A DNA stretch of 58,242 nucleotides, filler included, from Platydemus manokwari (taxonomy: Eukaryota), in NCBI GenBank assembly GCA_037951405.1. It is 5 parts of 5 records of this genome, joined end to end, with 100 filler letters (N's around TTAATTAATTAA, not from the genome) between each part and the next. Parts side by side here need not be neighbours in the genome. Positions count along the whole stretch, not along the records: positions 19,198 to 28,133 come from JBBMOY011326650.1; positions 28,234 to 38,506 come from JBBMOY011150882.1; positions 38,607 to 58,242 come from JBBMOY011744730.1; 2 more parts are not named here. One strand, 5' to 3'. Below are positions 25,782 to 39,781 of the stretch, one piece after another (the first letter of the stretch is position 1; each line of letters opens with the position of its first letter). The notes under the pieces are model-generated. The model was not told the origin of the DNA. It worked only from the letters and a program-made list of their open reading frames with translations, and did no database searches. The translations under genes and the position numbers were made by a program.

Positions 25782-28304
25782 TTCGGAAAGAAAACTTTCT
25801 TTGTATTGGCGTTTTCGGTTTTATTTTCACAACCTTTTTTAGTTTGATATTATATTTACTAACTTGAGTTCAGTGAGTTGTTCGAATGGCTTTCTAAATG
25901 TACCTGGTTGTGATAAAATAACGGATTCAGTTTTGTACCTTATTATTCTTTTATATTACGTGGATGGACAGATTCTTTCCACAGATCCATCGCAAAATAT
26001 TTGAATATTAAAAAAATTGTATCCTTAGATTTGAGGTGTTGCGTTATTTTATGTTCGAATTTTCCATAAGTAATCAATGGAATAAATTGCCAATTTCCTC
26101 ATCTTTAAGTTGAATGATTGTATTACTACTTTATATAAAAATTTAATGTATAAGTAGAACCTCAAGTATAAGTCAAGTGATTCAAAACCCTTGCAAAATA
26201 CGCAATAAATACTTATGATAATATTGGGAGGACAAAGGGGTTAGGGAAAGTGCTTCCCATGAGTACAGAGCAAAAGAGATTGCCCAAATACAAACCAGCA
26301 CAAATAGATCTAAGATCTGTGGACAAACATGTAACAAGAAAGAACATCTATCTATGAGTCTCCAATGAAGTGTCTGCAGGACCTAGATGAGTTGCATAAA
26401 ACTCACATCAATTATTATCCTTGCAAAGATACCACATAACATGGAAACTTATGGATTGAGTTTGGAGTTACGCGAATAGGAAAATTTGATATGGAAATGT
26501 AAGATTTGAATCAATATCTCAGCCGGACTATGCAATATGATAAATAATCCAACCCAAATCAATGACTGACAATAAGGTTATCTTATATCTCATTGATTAT
26601 CTGCCTGTCTTGTCTTTCTTGAGAATAATATTATCTTATATTTTTAGTTCTTGATATTATGTACCACACGTTATTTATTATTAAAAAATTTAGAATGGTA
26701 TTATAAATATGAAATTTATGGTTTTTAAATAGCCCAACTATTCATCAAATATGATATTTATAGTCGTATTAATTTAAAAAAAATGGTTATAAAAAATAGT
26801 CATAAAAGTTGATTTATATTTTTATGAAACTGTCAAAAAACTATAAACTATTTTAATATAAATACTTCTATGTAAATCAAAATAATAACGAGATCAGATA
26901 GATAATATGAAAGGTAAATAAATATAAAATGAGATTATCAATAAATGTAAAATAAAAGTTAATGTAAAACACAATTTGATTACTGAAAAACTAGCTATAA
27001 CCACGCAATTCTCATTTGAAAGGTTAATCATGGATAAAATAATGCGATACGATTAAGTACTGGCAATTACTGGTTGAACATTAAAATTTAATAAGATCTA
27101 CCACCTGCATTAAAAATGGTTATTAATGGTTATCGAATGGAAAATCAGAAAAAAAATAAAATGATGCCCATCTTGGATTTGTAAACTGGTATAAGATAAG
27201 GGATTACATTGACAATTGCTAGTCAATTGAATTGAGTTTACTGCAACAGTGGTTGAGACATCAATTATTATGTTTATCTATAGTTTGAAGGATCACAATA
27301 TAAACAATAAAACATATACTAAAGTATATATTCAAATAATATCGAAATCTTTGACAGCTTCATGAATGAATAATTTATTTGAGCTAAATCCGTTTGTGTT
27401 CTTGATATTTGCGAATAAATAATTGTTTATAAAACGGTGTTTGCATTATTTTTTCAGTAAATAGAACAGAATATTGATTTGGGGACACAAGAAATTGCTT
27501 TAGATTATCTCGATTTTGTGAGGTTGATATTTATAATATCAAAAGTAATAAAAGTCATATCGAGTGTAAGTATTTTTAAAGGAATAGAATCTTTAAAGAT
27601 TTATATCAAATTTTATATCAAATTATATAATTATATTTTAAATACTTAATTTGTTTAATACTTAATTTAAATACTTAATGTGTGGTTTTTAAAATACTAC
27701 TGGGTTACATGGTGACCACGCATCTGGATTCGATTCTGAAACGATCAATAACTGGAATTTATAGACGAGAAGGAGGAAGATACTGAGACTATTTTGGGAA
27801 TATATAAACAAGATTTAAGGAAGATATAAAGAAGATATAAAACACGATATTAAGAAGAGAGAAGAATTAGAGTTTTCATGTAAATAAATATGTATGGTAT
27901 TAGATATAGAGACATTTATCAAATTAGGGATTTTAAAGAAAGACGGATGTGAGAATTTTTATAGATTAAATTCAAATAATGTATAAAATAATATTAATTT
28001 GGCTATGTATATGTGCTTAAATATTAGGTTGTAAATAAAGTTCGCGGACAAAATTATAAATAAAAATTTGCCATCACGTTTTGCCATCGATTTATTCAAT
28101 GGATTAATTATTTTATTATTATTATATAATCTCNNNNNNNNNNNNNNNNNNNNNNNNNNNNNNNNNNNNNNNNNNNNTTAATTAATTAANNNNNNNNNNN
28201 NNNNNNNNNNNNNNNNNNNNNNNNNNNNNNNNNATGTTTAAATGATTTGGTAAAACAAAAACTTTAAACAACTAAAAAACATGAATAACTTTTGACTCAG
28301 CCTA

Positions 28305-28625
28305 ATAACTCCAACAGATTTTCATCTTTTCCGCTCCATGCCGAACCATGTTACTGGTCTCACATTTGAAAACGAAGAAGAAATAACAACGTGGATTGAA
28401 GAATTTTTCGACCAAAAATCACTAAGCTTCTTCAAATATGGGATTGACAAACTGCCAAAACGGTGGAAGGAAGTGATCGAATGTGGCGTAGAATGTGTCA
28501 CCGATTGACACTGAGACATTTGTTTTTTCTAATGATTTCATAAATTCATTTTGTTATCAGGAATTTTTCAGTATACATTTTTCATAATTGTAAAAAACCG
28601 CACGAACTTATGCACCAACCTAATA
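28305..28625 (+). mobile_element. mariner transposon 3' remnant with right TIR
   Basis: 28305-28508 translates ITPTDFHLFRSMPNHVTGLTFENEEEITTWIEEFFDQKSLSFFKYGIDKLPKRWKEVIECG..*, the mariner C-terminus. Right end aaaaaccgcacgaacttatgcaccaacctaa+TA resembles Hsmar1/cecropia-type TIRs. A possible degenerate left TIR (tattaggttgtaaataaagttcg) lies at 28022, across the gap. Confidence 0.9.
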
Positions 28626-29874
28626 TATTGGAAAAACTTATGTTCAAGGCCCTGCTGATTTGTGTGAGTGACCCAATAATACTGCATAGATAACATTGAA
28701 AAAATATTTGCAGTGTTGTAAACAATAAATGTAATGATGATAACATTGTCCTTCAATAAAAATTAAAAGACAAGAACAATGAAACTTGAAAACCAATCGG
28801 AAACAAAATGATTTGAGTTGTGAACCCCAAAATCAATTTTTTGTTTTTCATCGCTCATTAGCATTGGAACTGTACAAAAGTCGCAGATACGTAATGGTTC
28901 TGCTAAAGAAAATATATCTTTAAATGATATCATATGACACACAATCGAACAATGCTGTATTCATTCTTCACCTTTATTTCTCTTATCATTACATTTTCCT
29001 CTATCGATAATCTTCATATTTCGAGTACTCTACATGCCTCTTTAATGAATTTTTGATATTCCATTGCACCGATAAATCAATAGTTTGACCAAATTTTGTA
29101 TCGATGTCGATCGTTGAAATCATGGAAGATATCAGTGACCTATTATCATTCTCTTGCAAGAATAAATGTATTGCCATTAGTTTTGTTTCTTGGGATTGTA
29201 TTTCAATTTCGATGAACTATATTGTTAAAAATTCTATAAAAAACATATCTCTATTGTGAAAATAATAGTTCATTCAATAGAACAGAATGAAAACCAACAC
29301 AGATATTACACGAAAAATAAAACAATGTTTTCGAAGTTTTCATTTTATACAAAAACTTTTTAAACCAGAAAATGTACTTATAAGAATACATTTTCTCGAG
29401 CAGTAGTCAAGACGCATTGTGATGTCTGAACAATGAAATATAAAAAATATGATAAAAAATTTTCAGTATAATGTTTTGTAATAAAAATAGAATAAAATAA
29501 TAATTTTTGTGTCAGTCACAATATTAAAAGTGGACTCGTTAAGTGCAAGATATCAAATCGTTAAAAGTTCATTCACAAATACAATATCGATATTTATCAA
29601 TGATATTTAAAAAATTATCGATAATCTGAAACAACTCATTAAATAATCCAATATTTCTTATATCGGTCTCACATGTCGACTTTCAAATATTATTTATTTA
29701 TTCGATATCTGCTGTCAAGAAACATTTGTCTTTGTCAGGGTTACTTTTCTCGTTCAAATATTAGAAACTTTACAGCCACACAACAATATCAATCTCATTG
29801 GATGCATCACAATATTTTCTCGAAATTTTTGTCGATATATTGATTTGATATTCTTTCGTTCAGCATTTGTTGCG

Positions 29875-30729
29875 ATGATCATTTTGAATTTGTTTTGTTT
29901 TGTAATTGCTGCCCATTGTCACAACAGCAATCTACTCCCAATAAATCAAAAGATTTTTTCAGATCGTGATTCTATTCGATTTGCTCACAGAGTTGTCAAT
30001 AAGGACTGCGAGACAAACATCAAGAAAGGTTAATTTATTTGAATGATTTAAACTTATATTTGTATATCAGCTAAATGCTGGGGTATGAGATCTGAACGAA
30101 ACGAAATACAATGGTTGATGATTGTATTCAACAAGATTTCCGTCATTACTGAGATTAAACTTTGTCATAGGAAAATGAATCCAAGTTGATTTTGAGATAT
30201 AATTTTCATCGGATTTGATAATATATTTAGTCAAGGCAATTCTGTACGGTAGTTATGACTACAGAACATATTTCGATTCAAATTCTTCAATATTTTTCAA
30301 AGCTGGTTATTATGAAGGATTGGCATCAAATGATCAAGAAACAACTGTGATTACTTTCGATAGATTTGTATTGTAATTGATTGATGTAATCGATTTATGT
30401 CATTGAACAGGTATCGCGATTATTGGTCATTGAAAAACCATATAAAGTTATGGATTTACATATTTGCCAAGTGGATGTTTTCGATTATGAATTCATAAAA
30501 TCTAATCTGTCTACTTGTAAATATTGACTGAAATATGTGTGATTGATAAAATAATTTTAGATCAATATTATGGACCAAGAACGCGAAATATTTGAAGAAA
30601 ATAATTGTCCAATCAAAACTTGAATGTGCAAAACAATGTATGGATAATATGAAATGTGTCTCATTTACGATACAAGTGAGTAATCAATGTTTGATTTATG
30701 ATAACGTTGGTGGCGAATATTTCGGATGA
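29875..30729 (+). CDS. Small secreted protein, F-type lectin/discoidin-like domain plus PAN/Apple domain, about 223 aa; exons 29875-30028, 30071-30184, 30231-30367, 30411-30508, 30561-30729
   Basis: Signal MIILNLFCFVIAAHC. QWLMIVFNKISVITEIKL and SRLLVIEKPYKVMDLHICQVDVF match the galactose-binding jelly-roll pattern; SKLECAKQCMDNMKCVSFTIQVSNQCLIY is the PAN C-x3-C-x5-C...C pattern. Four introns of 42-52 bp; the last donor (gtctac) is weak. Confidence 0.72.
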
Positions 30730-33700
30730 ATTGGAGATAAGTAGAAAATCGATAAAATCTTAATTTGAGAAAATCATTTCGACATGATACATTCTGCATG
30801 TATAATTATATTTTTAAAAATCCTTTAACTATATGCTTAAAGGTTCATATTGACAAATTGTGACTTCATAGCATATCGATTACTGATAAATGATTTTTCG
30901 TTACATTTGATTGTTGTGTTTATGTGATAATGAATCTCACGCCTCATTTATATACATGTATCACATAAAGGGTTTCTGATATTTCAATTATATCCTATTT
31001 TATCTAATTATACAATTTCTTGTAATTCTCATTTCATAAACCTCATTGCAACACCAACTAATGCATCGTCATGTAAAAAGAAGACTTTACTTTTAGATAC
31101 TTTGTGGAATTATGGTTGGGGGTTCGTATCCGTTTTGTCATTTGAAAAGACAATCACTAACTTTACCTCTTGAACAATTTTAATGAAAGTTTTTCCAATA
31201 AAATGATTTACTCTTGTAATTTCAACACAAAATTGGAGTTAATAAAACTATTGCGGATGATTTAAATTTAAGGATTAAGATTTTAGTATTTCATTAACTA
31301 CAATTAATTAATATCTTAAAGCGTACATAGTAGCTGTAATTCATATGATGATGAATTTGGAAATTGCTGAAATTAAGAATCTCTTTCTGGAATAAAGATA
31401 TATTTTTGGGAAACAAAATAAATGAAATTAAGGAAATAAATGAGAGAAAGAACATGTGAGAGAAAACATATTAGTAAACCAGGCGACGTCATGAGATCCA
31501 ATTTAGAATCTAATAATTGTTGAAAAATAAATTTATGAAAAATTGAGAATAAATATAATAAACGGAAGGTTGATGAAGGTAAAGATTATTTCAATAAATT
31601 AATTGATACATTAAAACAAAATGATAGATAAAAGATTAACAAATCATCAAGGAGCTATTCATATACGGAGACGAGAATAAACACAGATAAAGCAATAAAG
31701 GGATTTAAAGAGAGCCTTGGTGGAATAAATAAATAAAACACCAATTTAAAGAAAATATTAAAAATCACTGAAAACATTAAATACGATAATGTTTAGAAGA
31801 TAAAGGGGAAAAATGATGGCTCAATATTCCAGAATATAAAGTTGAAGGCAATTGGATGAAAAATCAGATGAAAGGTTCGGTTATTAATTTTAAAAACGAG
31901 AACTTGCATCCAACAATGAAATAACTGTCACCAGCTTCAATAGATTTGCATTAGGTATAATGTATATCATTGATTTATCTAATTGAATGCTGGTTTCAGG
32001 AATGCCTATCCCATAAACAATTCTACATAACTAGAACTAGATTATTCAGATTTTCCAAACAATTTCAAATAAAATTGGGTGCTGTTACTAAATTTAGTGA
32101 TGACGAGTAAAAGTTTCCAAATATAGAAACACACTAAGAATGACATCATTAGGCATACCGATTAGTAATTGTCTTGTGATCCCCTAAACTCATATAGGAG
32201 ATCGACTTTAATTGTTACCCACTATCATTTTTAATTGAAAAGTTTGTGCTGTAGTTATCCCGAGGCATGTTAAAATCAATGATTAAACATCAACATATTT
32301 TTCTCTTCATTGTTTTGTTATTTATCTTTATATTTTATATTTTAAAGAATATTTATATTATAATCAAAGAGCCAACAATTTTCAATTTGAAGTAGTCAAA
32401 TTTCGTTGAGACTTTGTGGGTTGAAATTCCTATAGTTGTTTTAAATTGTGTTGAATAATCCATTAACGACTGATATATGTGATGATCTTATGCTAAAATA
32501 TATATAAAGTAAAATTCTTATGGAAATAATAAAAATAACAAAGGATGTTTTAAAATGGAACACAATTTATGTAAACTAATCACGATTCATGCAATATGGG
32601 AATAAGATAAGTGTGGAATTACAGTCAATGGAGGTTTATATGGCTAGTAATACCTTGGAATGGAGTGAGTTTGCAAGGCCGTAACTACTTGTCAAAGTTA
32701 ATAAAACATTAATAAAAGGTGTAATCGAAACCTATGAAAGGTGCTCTTATTTAATAAAATGTGCGTTGTTAATGATTTTTAGAAGTAAAATGAAAAAGTG
32801 TATTTAAATGGAAAATTTTAACAAAATATGGTTTTTTTAATAAATATATTTTATTTTTATTTAATTTGTTAAAAATTCAAAATCAAATCCTTGAAATCGT
32901 CTCAATTTTCACGAAAATAACACAGCATTTAACAAATAATGTCGATCATGATCAGAATATTTTTATATCATTTATATTTAAAAATTTGAAAAATAAAAAT
33001 GTTTTTTAATTTTTTAATTTTTTAATTTTTTTAAAAAAATTTAACTTTAAAATTTAATTTATATGAACATATTTAGACACTTGTGATACACGTGTAACAA
33101 TCTAATAAAAAGATGGTCGAAGAGAACAGAAGATTATGTCTTAACTAGCGATAATCATCAAAATATACCACCGAATTTATAATTACTGAGTAATTGATGA
33201 GGTAAATCATTTTCTGACTTTAAAATTGCTATATCGTTTACACAAATCACCTTGACAACCATAATGAAAATTAAGAGAACGTAAAAAAATTGTTGATGAG
33301 ATACTAAACAACGCGATCAATAAGAATTAAGGACACTCAAAAAGAATACAAATCAAGAAAATAAATCAATGAGAAGTCTTTTTTAATATTTGAAATACAC
33401 AACCTAATTACTGCTACAGTTTTCTAATGCTGCACATTTCTTTATTGATTAATAAATCTTTACATCTGATAGCCATAATAAGATCATTTTAAAAATGATA
33501 ACAAATCAAGATTGCCAATGACCGTTAGGAAATCAATGAGATAATATTGTGGTTAAACATTTTTAATATAATCCAGACATCAATCACTAATAAGCATTTT
33601 ATGAACACATTTCATTGATCTCTCACAGTTTTATTATTTCTTTTCTTTGCATATTTTTTGTCACTTTATTCAGACTGGTGAATCTTGTTTTACGGTTCAA

Positions 33701-36700
33701 TCATAATTTCAATATATCAATATCAATCAATAAATCAATCAACAGCTACATAAATATCCAATAAAATCGATAACATTTGTTGATGATATCATGATTCAAT
33801 AGTAGATCTATAAAGGGTTGAAGACTGATAGCAACACTAAGAATTCATAAATTGTTAAACATCGATATGAATAGAGGGAGGGAGAAATAAACAGACAAAA
33901 TTAAGCATTCTTACCAAGCGATCTTATATAGTAAGAGATCAAAATCATTCCCATGGGCAATATAAGGTGGGATCAAATGATAAACCTGATCGAAATTAAA
34001 TGTCTCAGATACGAGTGAGTAAAAATTGGATAAGATCTCCTATTATTTTTTCTCATTTTACATCAATCAATTAAATAATCCTCACAAAACATCTTGAAAT
34101 ATTATTTATTTGTTTTATCAGACTCTTTATCAAACATGATCAAGTTAAAAAAAATTTGAAATTAATTATAAAATCTTTTAATAAAATTGCTCAAATTGTT
34201 CTGACGTTCATTGTCGACACGCATTGTAAATCAACATGTTATTATTATCAAATTGTCCTTGGCAAATGTCGCTTTCGGGATGAACTTGTAATCGAGAAAA
34301 ATGATCTGCAAATATGCGATGGAGTAAAATGCATCCACAATGTCTAAACTTTTTGAAACAAAATGAACAATTTTCTAACAGCAAGTGAATAATAAAAACA
34401 AAATTGACCGTGGTAAATGCACATGAATTCGAACCAATGCTCCACCCGCTTTTATATCAGTTATTAATCTGTTCGATAACAAGCATCTCCATAAATTATA
34501 TTTGCAAAATTTATTTCTAATTTTGATTGTCATAGCAATGAATTTCGCATTGAATCAGAAATCGTTACCGGATTATAATATCGATTTAAATATTAATGCA
34601 AACTACTTAAAAGGAATCTTATAAAAATAATCTTTGTTTATATTTTGTAAAAAATATTTTGATGCTACTGATAATCTTGAGTAGTATATATGTGTTATAA
34701 GTAATATTTTTATCATAATACAATGTTATGTTGAAAACGGAATTCGAGCTCGAATAGATAATTTGGAGTTCTAATTGATTGTGTTCTGATGTTCTTGGAC
34801 TGGCGTTATTCTTTGAAATGATCATAGATCGTAGAGTCACTTGCAGTATCCAATTTTGGGCAACAAATAATGAGCCTAAATTTCAACATTATATTCATTA
34901 TAAAAGTAGAATAATTTCTCATGAAATTAAAATCAATTCGATATCACCATGTTTCCGAATTCTTAAATTTAACTTTAAAATCAATTAATATCGAATCAAT
35001 AATAATTATAATTATATTATCAAAATTATAATTAATTTATTATAACTTACAAAATATATCTGAAATTATCTAACTATACAAATAACAACTCAATATGTTA
35101 CCTTTATTGATTTTATTATATTTATTCATTAAATGGCTCGTACTGTATTCGATCTTTACAAGCAAATTAATAACAAGCTATAATGGCAGTCATTAATCAA
35201 TCTCTATTGGAGACCTACAAAACAAATAATTCCATGGTTACGCAGTAATGAGATTTTCAAGAGCTACTGGTGTTAGACTATTTAATTCGTGATGGATTTC
35301 GAAATATTCGATCAGATTGAAGAATATATGTTAATAGAGATTGTTATCAATGGGCTAATATTTGCAGAAGATACATTTTAAGAAAATAGCTTAAATATTT
35401 AGCAATGAATTCATACTACTGCTTAAATTTATCATTGATCTGTATTGAGATGGAGTGATATTAAGATTTAACTTTAGAACAAACAGAAATTTATCCATAC
35501 GTTCAAGATCAAACCAATTTAGAATTATCGATTGATATTTGTGAGAGGACACAATATTTTCTGTTAGCACCAGCGTTGGATCTACCTGCTGTATTTATTA
35601 TCTACCTTTAAATTTATTATTTTCAACTAATGGGCTCTTTCACCATAAATAATAAAATTATGAAATGTTACCGCTTTATGAATGAAGAGATTAAAGAAAA
35701 ATAATATTTTTACCGAAAAGTGAATGTTAACAAAATAGAATAAATGTAAATACTTTGTGTTGAGAAATAATTCCGATTTCTATGTCGATCGAGGAATGAT
35801 ATTGGAACAGATTGATTTACTGAATTCATTATGAAGACTAAGTGTTTGATTATTATAATTACCCGTACTTTAATATACAATAAATAAAGAACACATAATT
35901 AAAAAAGACGATATTAAATAGGAATGGTTTTAATTACTTCATCTTCATTTTAGAGGAAGATAATTGAGAATGCGAGAAAACGAAAACATAAAAATAGTAA
36001 ATGACGAGAAATAATTGAAAATAAAGACTGAAAGTCGCCTGCAATAGCTTGGGCGTATTTACAAAAGAGGTTATACTGGTTCATAAGTTAACCTTAAGTA
36101 GTTTTTAAGACTAATCAAATAAAATGTTAATCGTTATGCTCAGATAATACATGCAGCTCAATGATCTCTTGCAGCTTCTGTACTTTTTCCATTCCTATCT
36201 TTGGACATCTGATCCTAACTGACTAATATTGCAAATTATGAAAACTTTTAAAGAATTTGTTCTTTATTTTAGCTTTGATTTCAATTACTTGGTTATGATT
36301 TTTCAATCCCATAGCATTATTATTACTACTCATCATGTTAGACTTTTAAGTTGTCTGATAATCCTTCTAAAATTCCTCCTTTTACTTGAACTTTTAATCA
36401 AAGAAAAAGTTGTAAAATTCCGTATGAATAAGAGCACAACTAAACCCAAACGTTTTGAAACTCTATTCGACTTACACTATGAAAGTCATATTTAGCTTCA
36501 TCTTCATCTAAACATGCAGGAAAGGTATCGAGTGAAGTCTATATTCTCAGAAAGTGTTTTGTATTGCCCGATTAACCATTAACTGAATCTTACTTAATGT
36601 ATAATGTGTAGTGACTCTGTGATTGAGGATATTTAATTGAAAATAACCGAAATCGGTGAACATCACTACACAAAACTATTATATGTTGCTCTCATTTCGT

Positions 36701-37415
36701 TTAAGACATAATATTTTCAAATAATAGAAAAATGAAAATATTACTTATAAAATACATGATACCCAGAATTTGCGAGTAGTATTGTATTATAGTTTGATTC
36801 ACAACTCGCCATTTATATATTTTATTAGCTAAAACAAGTATGGAAAATAGTGATTTTATTGTGAAATTCCTGTTAAAACTATTGAGAACAAAGACAGCAA
36901 ATTTTATCCAAGACAAAAGCCATCAATGTTCTCATCAAAGCACTTATTTAGATTTATAGAAAGTTATGTTTTGATATTTTTTTTAATGAATAATTTTGAA
37001 ATACTCCTTACGTTGCAATTAAGAAGTCAAGGGAATTTTCTAAAAGTGAAAGATGGAGATAGATTAAAATTTTAGAGCTCGAAATTTGATAACCTCTTGT
37101 AAATGATTCCCATTTTTTGTTCTCAGTTGGCAAGAAATTCCACTGCGTCAGAACTGAGCTTTTTGGGATGCTAATTCATTAAACATGATTTTAAAAGTAA
37201 TATAAGGAGTTCAGCCTAAAAATCTATATTTAATCGAAATATTCAAACAGGTTATTGATCGTTTATACTTTTATTTGAATATATTTTGTATTCAAATTGA
37301 TTGGTTAAAATATATTTTTCTGTAGAGCCCTCACAGTTAATGGCATTGTGTTACTTTTGTCTCACTAACTGTCATGCGAATTCGTCCTAAGAGATCTTCA
37401 ATCACGAGAGCAAGC

Positions 37416-37568
37416 TGCTACTACTTTATAAAGCACGTATTAAAACGAACTAAAAAGTCACTGCACCAAATTATATTTTAATCACAATTATTAAAGCAAA
37501 TAATAAATATTTCACTAAAATCTGATTTACAAATTTTTCAAATTTCAATTCATTATAAATCCTCACAT
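37416..37568 (+). repeat. Dispersed repeat copy D
   Basis: gctactactttataaagcacgtatt...aaaagtcactgcaccaaattat...ttcaaatttcaattcattat aligns with copy B. Confidence 0.7.
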
Positions 37569-38431
37569 CGAGCAACATTGCATTCGCTAATTGAGATCTG
37601 TCATTTCATTCGAATTTTTATTTTTCTCATTGATTTCTCTTACCACTGCGCTTTACTTTTCGATGTATTCATCATTTATTTATTTAATTATATCTAATAT
37701 ATTTGCTTGCAAAGTTACCCTCTTCATAATAAATCTCTAGTCAAAATAACAAAATAGAAAATATTGTCAAGGGGACATTTATTTATTGATATGATTTGAT
37801 TAATTTAATTCAAATATATGTTGTTTCATTGGCATGAAATTTCACAATGTGATGATAGAACCTCTTGAACATTTAATTGGTGCTTCCATGCTTCATTCAA
37901 TCTCTTTATAATACTCGGCTTCTAACTGGCGGCTGGCCATCCTTACATTAATATTTATACTTAAGATTTGAGTCCAGTTTGTGTTAAACTCTTTTATTTG
38001 GTTTTTTGCCTTTCGATCTTCAATTGAATTTATCGATTTTCAGTGATCTTCATTGGCCAATCCTTGTGTTCAAAAAAATATTTGAAATTTTTATTTAAAT
38101 AAGAAAAAATTTAATTTTTAAAAACGAAACATTTTTTAGACTATCATTTTCATTCTTGAATTGAAATATTTTTCAGTTTTAGTTATTTTGTGTCTATTTC
38201 ATTGGTGTTTTAAACCACTGGTATCTTTGGCATGATAAAATGGATAAAGTGCCAAAATAATATAAATTTCATTTGGAACACTGAGTTGATTTGTATTTAT
38301 GTTTATTTGTTTAGATATTGTATTTTTGATGGTAAAGGGGAGATATATTTTGTATTCCATTATAAAATAGAAGTAACAGTAAATAAAATATTTTAGTTCA
38401 GTACCAATGATTGAACTGGAATCATTTAATT

Positions 38432-38500
<69 letters not shown>
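38432..38500. repeat. (AAT)n microsatellite abutting an assembly gap
   Basis: Direct tandem repeat. Confidence 0.95.
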
Positions 38501-38501
<1 letters not shown>

Positions 38502-39781
38502 TAATTNNNNNNNNNNNNNNNNNNNNNNNNNNNNNNNNNNNNNNNNNNNNTTAATTAATTAANNNNNNNNNNNNNNNNNNNNNNNNNNNNNNNNNNNNNN
38601 NNNNNNACAGATTTCTGAAAAGCCCATTTTAGATTTTCAAGATCGAGTCAAACAGAAAATTCTGAACACGAAAATATTTTTTCAGCTCAAATTATTTTCC
38701 ACAGCTATCCAATTGATAAACAAATGAATTTTAATTTGTAAATTTTATCTAAAAAAAAAGAAAATCTGTAAGGCGAAAGTGGCCTTTCAATGGAATGGAG
38801 AAAAAATGACAAAGACTTTAAAAGGAAAATGCAAATCACAACTGATTCGTACGATGAGAAGTGAGGGATAGAGTGTATTTATGATCAACCGAGTGGAATG
38901 CCTCAAATTTAGTGGGAACACAACCAATTTCCGATATATACATTGGTGTAACAAAACAAAACATCCTGTTTATTCTCACATCGTAACTAAAGGATGATAC
39001 TGTGCCACTTGTATGGCATGTGATCATCTGACGACTGGCTAATGCAAATCAGTGGAACATTGAAATCCGTCTTAGCGCGGAAATACGTTGGCTACTTTGA
39101 ATCTGTTCGTCTAAAAGAAAAGATAAAAAATTACGACAATAATTAATATGAATAATCGCATATTATGTAATGTTCAATTCAAATTCCGATATTACTTGCT
39201 TGCGACCTTGTGAGCAATATATCGGATTACGATAATTAAATTATCAATATCCGTATTAATAAACGTTCTAATAATGCCCCTCTATCAAAGAGAGATATTT
39301 GTATCTCGCTAAATTCTCGCTCAAGCGAATAAACAATTCTAAGTTTGTAGGATTTACAATTTTAATTTGACTTACAAGCATGCTCGAAAAAGTTTCGTTT
39401 TAATAGTATTTCGTTTTGTATTATATTTATAAAATTGTATTGAATTTCATTTGGTAGTTCATAAGGTGGACAAAATCGCGAAACGTTGACGTTGAAAGAT
39501 GTTATTTTCACAATTAGACTATCACAGTTTACTCATATATGCATAATTTCTGCCATTAAACCCTGATGTGATTTCTAAGCATATTTTTAATTCATATCAA
39601 ATTCAAATTTCGATTTTAGAACTCGTATTTTGTCATCCCAAATTTAATCACAAATCCTGTAGGTCAATGGAATCGAAAAATCATAATAATAAATATTACT
39701 GAAAATAGGAAACAATATTTTTGAAGAAATCGCCAATTGATAATATGGTATAGGAAATTTTATTTCAAATTATCTTGTTAG

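Noticed and set aside
26200-26600. Purine-rich stretch resembling decayed LINE coding sequence (similar stretches near 9.6-10.3, 19.3-20.6, 27.7, 31.4 and 43.2 kb)
   Set aside because: No intact diagnostic motif readable by eye; needs a repeat-library search.
9380-38606. TTAATTAATTAA palindrome centred in N-runs at 9424, 19142, 28178 and 38551
   Set aside because: Identical 100-bp N-linker-N spacers with stops in all six frames; a scaffolding artefact, not biology.
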